NCBI GenBank assembly: GCA_964507075.1
Contig: CAZDOL010000020.1
Location: 1-7,182 of the forward strand
Direction: 5' to 3'
Origin: an uncultured Gammaproteobacteria bacterium
GTDB lineage: Bacteria > Patescibacteriota > Patescibacteriia > UBA2591 > UBA6264
Length of the DNA: 7,182 bases
Shown here piece after piece: positions 4,332 to 7,182 of this stretch. The position numbers were made by a program, and so were the translations under genes. The notes under the pieces are model-generated. The model was not told where the DNA came from and made no database searches. It saw only the letters and a list, made by a program, of their open reading frames with translations. The number at the start of each line of letters is the position of its first letter. The first letter of the stretch is position 1.

Positions 4332-4558
4332 GGTAAAAAATTCACTAAATAAAACTACATCTTCGCCCAAACCGCGAACCTTACAAGACTAACCAAAAAA
4401 ACAACTTCTTTTTGGTAAAAAAATCTATCATTCAATATTATCGCCAAACAAACGCCGACAAATTAAAATTACTCCTTAAAAGTTTTATGGCCTTGCGTAA
4501 TTCATGTTGGCCAATGCCCTTATTATATTACTCGCGAACAGCAAGCTTCTCTCCTGTG

Positions 4559-4838
4559 TTATATTTTTCTAATAATGGCAAAGCTCTTTTGTCCCCCCAA
4601 TTGCCCTAAAGTCCAAATAGCACTATTTTTCCCATATTGACTAGATTCATCAGCGATTAACTTCATTAATGCGTCAACGCACTCGCCTCCATAATCTCTC
4701 TGAACTGATTCACATTCTTCTTTTACACCATAACGAATCCAAGTGCAAGTAATAAAAAAACACAAATAAGAAGAGCAAAATTCCTACTCCAACAACACAC
4801 CCAATTAAATCTTTATCAATTTTTTGAAAAATCTTCAT
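4559..4838 (-). pseudogene. Frameshifted gene for a TM-anchored HEAT-like repeat protein (break at the A7/T7 run 4754-4760)
   Basis: The ATG at 4838 opens MKIFQKIDKDLIGCVVGVGILLFLFVFFYY..., which stops at 4710. The track ORF 4559-4765 (TTG start) continues in the +1 frame with ECVDALMKLIADESSQYGKNSAIWTLGQLGG, a HEAT/PBS-lyase-like pattern. Removing one T from the T7 run fuses the two frames into a ~92-aa product. A further HEAT-like fragment (SLLFASNIIRALANMNYARP) lies in a third frame down to 4485. Confidence 0.5.
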
Positions 4839-4869
4839 ATATTTAATTAAAAAATTATTATTTCGGATA

Positions 4870-5013
4870 TTAAAAAATGTTTTCAACTGATTCTCTGAAA
4901 ACCCTATATATCTTGAAAGCCAATCTCAAAGATGAGATGTATTTTATTTTTTCGATGGCAATAATAGTCTGACGAGTAACGCCCATCTTTGCTTGCTGAA
5001 CAACAAAAAGCTC
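4870..5013 (-). pseudogene. N-terminally truncated XRE/HTH_3-type transcriptional regulator remnant; not in the supplied ORF track
   Basis: Hand translation from the ATG at 4986: MGVTRQTIIAIEKIKYISSLRLAFKIYRVFRESVENIF (38 aa, TAA at 4872-4870). This matches the C-terminal two-thirds of small ~65-aa HTH regulators (GVSRQTI.aiEkGkYnPSL.LAlKIA.vF...vEeiF). In-frame similarity continues upstream (VVQQAK) only to a TAG at 5016-5014 inside the neighbouring terminator hairpin. Helix 1 and a proper start are missing, and conserved G and NP positions are substituted. Confidence 0.55.
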
Positions 5014-5030
5014 CTACGTTAGGAGCTTTT
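5006..5030. terminator. Rho-independent terminator downstream of the CxxC-x17-CxxC gene (bidirectional geometry)
   Basis: AAAAGCTCCT (5006-5015) pairs perfectly with AGGAGCTTTT (5021-5030) around a 5-nt ACGTT loop. On the minus strand it is followed by TTTTTGTTGTT. It lies 68 nt after the stop at 5098. Confidence 0.7.
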
Positions 5031-5097
5031 GTTAAATTGAATAGTATATATTTCCAGTCAGATTTTTTTACAAAATCAGCACTGTAAATGCATTTTC

Positions 5098-5583
5098 TTA
5101 TTTTTTTGCTTTTTTGGAAACCTTTTTCGCTACTTTCTTAACCTTAACAACTGGAGCTTTTTTCGCTACTTTCTTAACCTTCTCTTTTGCTACCAAGGGC
5201 TTAACATTTGTTATAGCTTCTACTATCTTAATAAGCTTATCCATTTTGACATTCAATGCCTCTAACTGCTTCTTGAATTCACTATTACTTCCTTTGCTAT
5301 CATTGCTCCCGAAATCAGCTTTAGGATAAGTTTTGTAATTACTAAAATTTTTCTGTGGAAATCTATCTCCTCCCCTCTTGTTTTCGGCATCTTTTTTCAT
5401 TCCAAAACAAACGCTACAATACACTGGCTTGCCTTCGGTTGGACGAAAAGGTACTTCGCAGGTTTTTCCACATTGAGCACAAACTGCTTGATGCATAGTA
5501 ACTGGACCACGGTCTCGTCTACCAAATCCGCCCCTATTGCCCCCGCTAAAATGTTTTCTTCCGTCTTGTCTATAATCTCCCAT
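5098..5583 (-). CDS. CxxC-x17-CxxC zinc-ribbon domain protein, 161 aa, with an RGG-like N-terminus and a Lys-rich KKVAKK C-terminal tail
   Basis: CAQCGKTCEVPFRPTEGKPVYCSVCF has exactly CxxC, 17 residues, then CxxC, as in the CxxC-x17-CxxC family. The N-terminus is GGNRGGFGRRDRG. The C-terminus is VKKVAKKAPVVKVKKVAKKVSKKAKK, encoded in part by a perfect 23-nt direct repeat (5123-5145 and 5159-5181). Confidence 0.85.
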   Translation of the reverse strand: MGDYRQDGRKHFSGGNRGGFGRRDRGPVTMHQAVCAQCGKTCEVPFRPTEGKPVYCSVCFGMKKDAENKRGGDRFPQKNFSNYKTYPKADFGSNDSKGSNSEFKKQLEALNVKMDKLIKIVEAITNVKPLVAKEKVKKVAKKAPVVKVKKVAKKVSKKAKK

Positions 5584-5612
5584 AAATTTATATATTAATT
5601 ATTAATAACATG

Positions 5613-5652
5613 AGTATACACTATTTCTATTAACAAAGCAAAAGGAAGTCAA
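5613..5652 (-). promoter_or_regulatory. Candidate promoter region for the CxxC-x17-CxxC gene (two overlapping alternatives)
   Basis: Minus strand: TTGCTT (5641-5636), 17 nt, then TATACT (5618-5613). Alternatively TTGACT (5652-5647), 17 nt, then TAGAAA (5629-5624). No terminator is evident after the permease gene, so co-transcription with the ABC operon is also possible. Confidence 0.35.
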
Positions 5653-5663
5653 ATTACACCAAA

Positions 5664-6431
5664 TCAACCCTCAACCTTACTAAACAACCAACTGCCCAAA
5701 ACCAACACCAATAAGACCGAGATTCCTAAAACCAAAAAATCAAAACTAACTGCCTGATGAAATTCCCCAATTAAACTGCCCCGAAGCCCATCAACCCCAT
5801 AAGTCAAGGGATTAAGCTTTAGTAACCAAGCAAAACCCTTCGGTAATCCTTCTAAGGGAAATAAAGCTCCCGACAAGAAAAATACTGGCATCACAATTAG
5901 ATTAATAATCAGCGGAAAGGCCTGCGTATCAGTAAAAAAAGTTGCCAAGGAAGTGCCAAGAGCTGTAAAAAATAAAGCAATTAAAAACATAAACAAAAAT
6001 GCCGGAAAAAGTCCAGCCAGAGAAACTAAATTAAATCCAATTGAAAATGTCACTAAAAATACCAATATCCCTTGAACAGTAGCTACAGTTGCTCCCCCTA
6101 ATGTTCTGCCAAAAATGATTGAAAATCGAGAAATTGGAGCTACTAAAGTCTCTTTCAAGAACCCGAATTGCTTATCGGTAATTACACTAATTCCGTTAAA
6201 CATGGCGCTGAAAACAACACTCATAACCACAATACCCGGCACTAAGAAATCTATATAATTGCCCTGTCCAGCTTGAGCATACATATTTTTAAAACCAAAG
6301 CCAAAAGCTATCAAAAAAAGAATGGGTTGAAAAATAGACAACAATAATCTTGATTTAGACCTTAAATGTCTTTTGATTTGTCGTAGCCATAAAATATATA
6401 TTGTCGCAATTTCATGTTTTATCTTTTCCAT
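5664..6431 (-). CDS. ABC-2 type transporter permease, 255 aa
   Basis: Six hydrophobic segments. The N-terminal WLRQIKRHLRSKSRLLLSIFQPILFLIAFGFGF motif is typical of ABC-2 (DrrB/NodJ/YadH-like) permeases. Its start overlaps the upstream ATPase stop by 13 nt, which suggests translational coupling. Confidence 0.9.
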   Translation of the reverse strand: MEKIKHEIATIYILWLRQIKRHLRSKSRLLLSIFQPILFLIAFGFGFKNMYAQAGQGNYIDFLVPGIVVMSVVFSAMFNGISVITDKQFGFLKETLVAPISRFSIIFGRTLGGATVATVQGILVFLVTFSIGFNLVSLAGLFPAFLFMFLIALFFTALGTSLATFFTDTQAFPLIINLIVMPVFFLSGALFPLEGLPKGFAWLLKLNPLTYGVDGLRGSLIGEFHQAVSFDFLVLGISVLLVLVLGSWLFSKVEG

Positions 6432-7182
6432 TTTTTTCTTTGTAATCGCATTCTCTCAATGCTCCCTATATTTTCGTCACGAATATCATAACCAGTCAAA
6501 CTTAAGAATGCTTCTTCTAAATTATTAGTTTTAGTCTTATTTTTAAGTAATTCCAATGTTCCTTTAGCCACAATTCGACCATGGTCAATAATAGCTATCT
6601 CGTCAGCATATCTTTCTGCTTCTTCCATGTAATGTGTGGTAAAAAATATAGTTAATCCTTTTTTATTATTTAATTCTTTAATATAGTCCCAAATATGATT
6701 ACGGGTTTGAGGGTCAAGTCCTAAAGTCGGTTCATCTAAAAATAACACATCTGGTTCATGCAATAAACCGCGAGCTATTTCTAATCGTCTTTTCATTCCC
6801 CCTGAAAATTTTTTAACTAAATCTTTTTTCCTGTCATCTAAATCAACTAATTTCAACAATTTATTTATCTTCGGTCTCCTTTCTTTGGCTGACAAACCGT
6901 AAACCACGCTATGAAAATACATATTTTCATAAGCTGTTAATTCATCATCTAAGCTATAATCCTGAAAAACAATACCAAAAGAATCTCTAACCTTAATCGA
7001 TTCCTTTAAAACATCAAAACCATTGATTGTTAATTGACCATTTGTTGGTTTTAATAAGGTTACGAGCATTTTAATGGTCGTGCTTTTACCGGCTCCATTT
7101 GGTCCTAAAAAAGCAAAAAAACTTCCTTTTTTTACCTCAAAAGAAATATTATCTACTGCTGTAAAATTATTAAATTTTTTGC
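6419..7182 (-). CDS. ABC transporter ATP-binding protein (DrrA/ABC-2-associated type), 5' end truncated by the window edge
   Basis: The frame continues open upstream of the track start at 7069 to the window edge, reading KKFNNFTAVDNISFEVKKGSFFAFLGPNGAGKSTTIKMLVTL with Walker A GPNGAGKST. Also present are the Q-loop, signature FSGGMKRR, Walker B VLFLDEPTLGLD, the H-loop TTHYMEEA and the LEEAFLSLTG tail. The codon phase leaves 7181-7182 as a partial codon. Confidence 0.95.
   Translation of the reverse strand, partial: KKFNNFTAVDNISFEVKKGSFFAFLGPNGAGKSTTIKMLVTLLKPTNGQLTINGFDVLKESIKVRDSFGIVFQDYSLDDELTAYENMYFHSVVYGLSAKERRPKINKLLKLVDLDDRKKDLVKKFSGGMKRRLEIARGLLHEPDVLFLDEPTLGLDPQTRNHIWDYIKELNNKKGLTIFFTTHYMEEAERYADEIAIIDHGRIVAKGTLELLKNKTKTNNLEEAFLSLTGYDIRDENIGSIERMRLQRKKWKR

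Noticed and set aside
2754-4382. Recurring AAGGTTC heptamer leading GC-rich islands in intergenic regions (2754, 2907, 3506 on +; 4382-4376 on -), possibly a dispersed element
   Set aside because: Roughly one occurrence per window is expected from composition. Two of the four come from the 153-bp duplication, and a fifth copy lies inside the repeat-protein CDS (3834-3828). The downstream sequences share only GCGAAG in one case. The support is insufficient without a genome-wide count.
4362-4416. Hairpins TTCGC-N7-GCGAA (4362-4378) and ACCAAAAA-N9-TTTTTGGT (4392-4416) as terminators of the HEAT-like gene
   Set aside because: The stems are short (5 bp) or purely A/T-rich, and neither is followed by a proper T-run on the minus strand. 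They are plausible but too weak to call.
4412-4609. Plus-strand 65-aa ORF (TTG start)
   Set aside because: It has no recognisable features. It is antisense to the HEAT-like remnants and spans an intergenic hairpin region. It is most likely a chance ORF.
4877-4972. Plus-strand 31-aa ORF MFSTDSLKTLYILKANLKDEMYFIFSMAIIV followed by the 5006-5030 hairpin
   Set aside because: The complementary strand gives a clear HTH_3-like translation over the same nucleotides, so this is its antisense shadow.
5114-5329. Plus-strand 71-aa hydrophobic ORF
   Set aside because: It is antisense to the Lys-rich tail of the CxxC-x17-CxxC gene. AAA/AAG codons read as TTT/CTT on the other strand, giving an artefactual Phe/Leu-rich pseudo-membrane sequence.

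Overview
AT-rich (by eye about two-thirds A+T), gene-dense bacterial window with every gene but one on the minus strand. Contents from left to right: (1) A cold-shock protein (+) shares a bidirectional hairpin terminator with an ORF missing from the supplied track, a 42-aa Gly/Arg-rich ORF inside a ~100-nt polypyrimidine, CCTCC-rich patch. (2) A Phd/YefM-type antitoxin plus RelE/ParE-type toxin pair lies behind a near-consensus promoter carrying a palindrome. (3) A tightly spaced minus-strand cluster runs rubrerythrin, then a 2-TM/bPH-like membrane protein, then a 50-aa 2-TM peptide missing from the track, then DUF1653. (4) A ~285-bp intergenic tandem array lies directly upstream of rubrerythrin, with four exact copies of a 12-mer at 75/78/75-bp spacing and a 153-bp higher-order duplication at 102/106 identity. 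(5) A small 3-TM membrane protein follows. (6) A membrane-anchored protein built from ~11 degenerate 15-17-aa Q-x-A repeats is driven by the best promoter and SD in the window. (7) Two decayed genes follow: a HEAT-like gene frameshifted at an A7/T7 run and an N-terminally truncated XRE-type HTH remnant. (8) A CxxC-x17-CxxC zinc-ribbon protein has an RGG-like head and a KKVAKK tail. (9) An ABC-2 permease and its ATPase close the window, with the ATPase 5' end cut by the window edge. I saw no rRNA, tRNA, CRISPR array, transposase or integrase. The gene content (many tiny proteins, a CxxC-x17-CxxC protein, mostly absent Shine-Dalgarno sequences, rubrerythrin) suggests a small-genome anaerobe such as a CPR/Patescibacteria-type organism; this is inference only. 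I do not see a recognisable multi-gene defence or mobile system. The most novel items are the promoter/operator-like tandem array upstream of rubrerythrin and the Q-x-A repeat protein.
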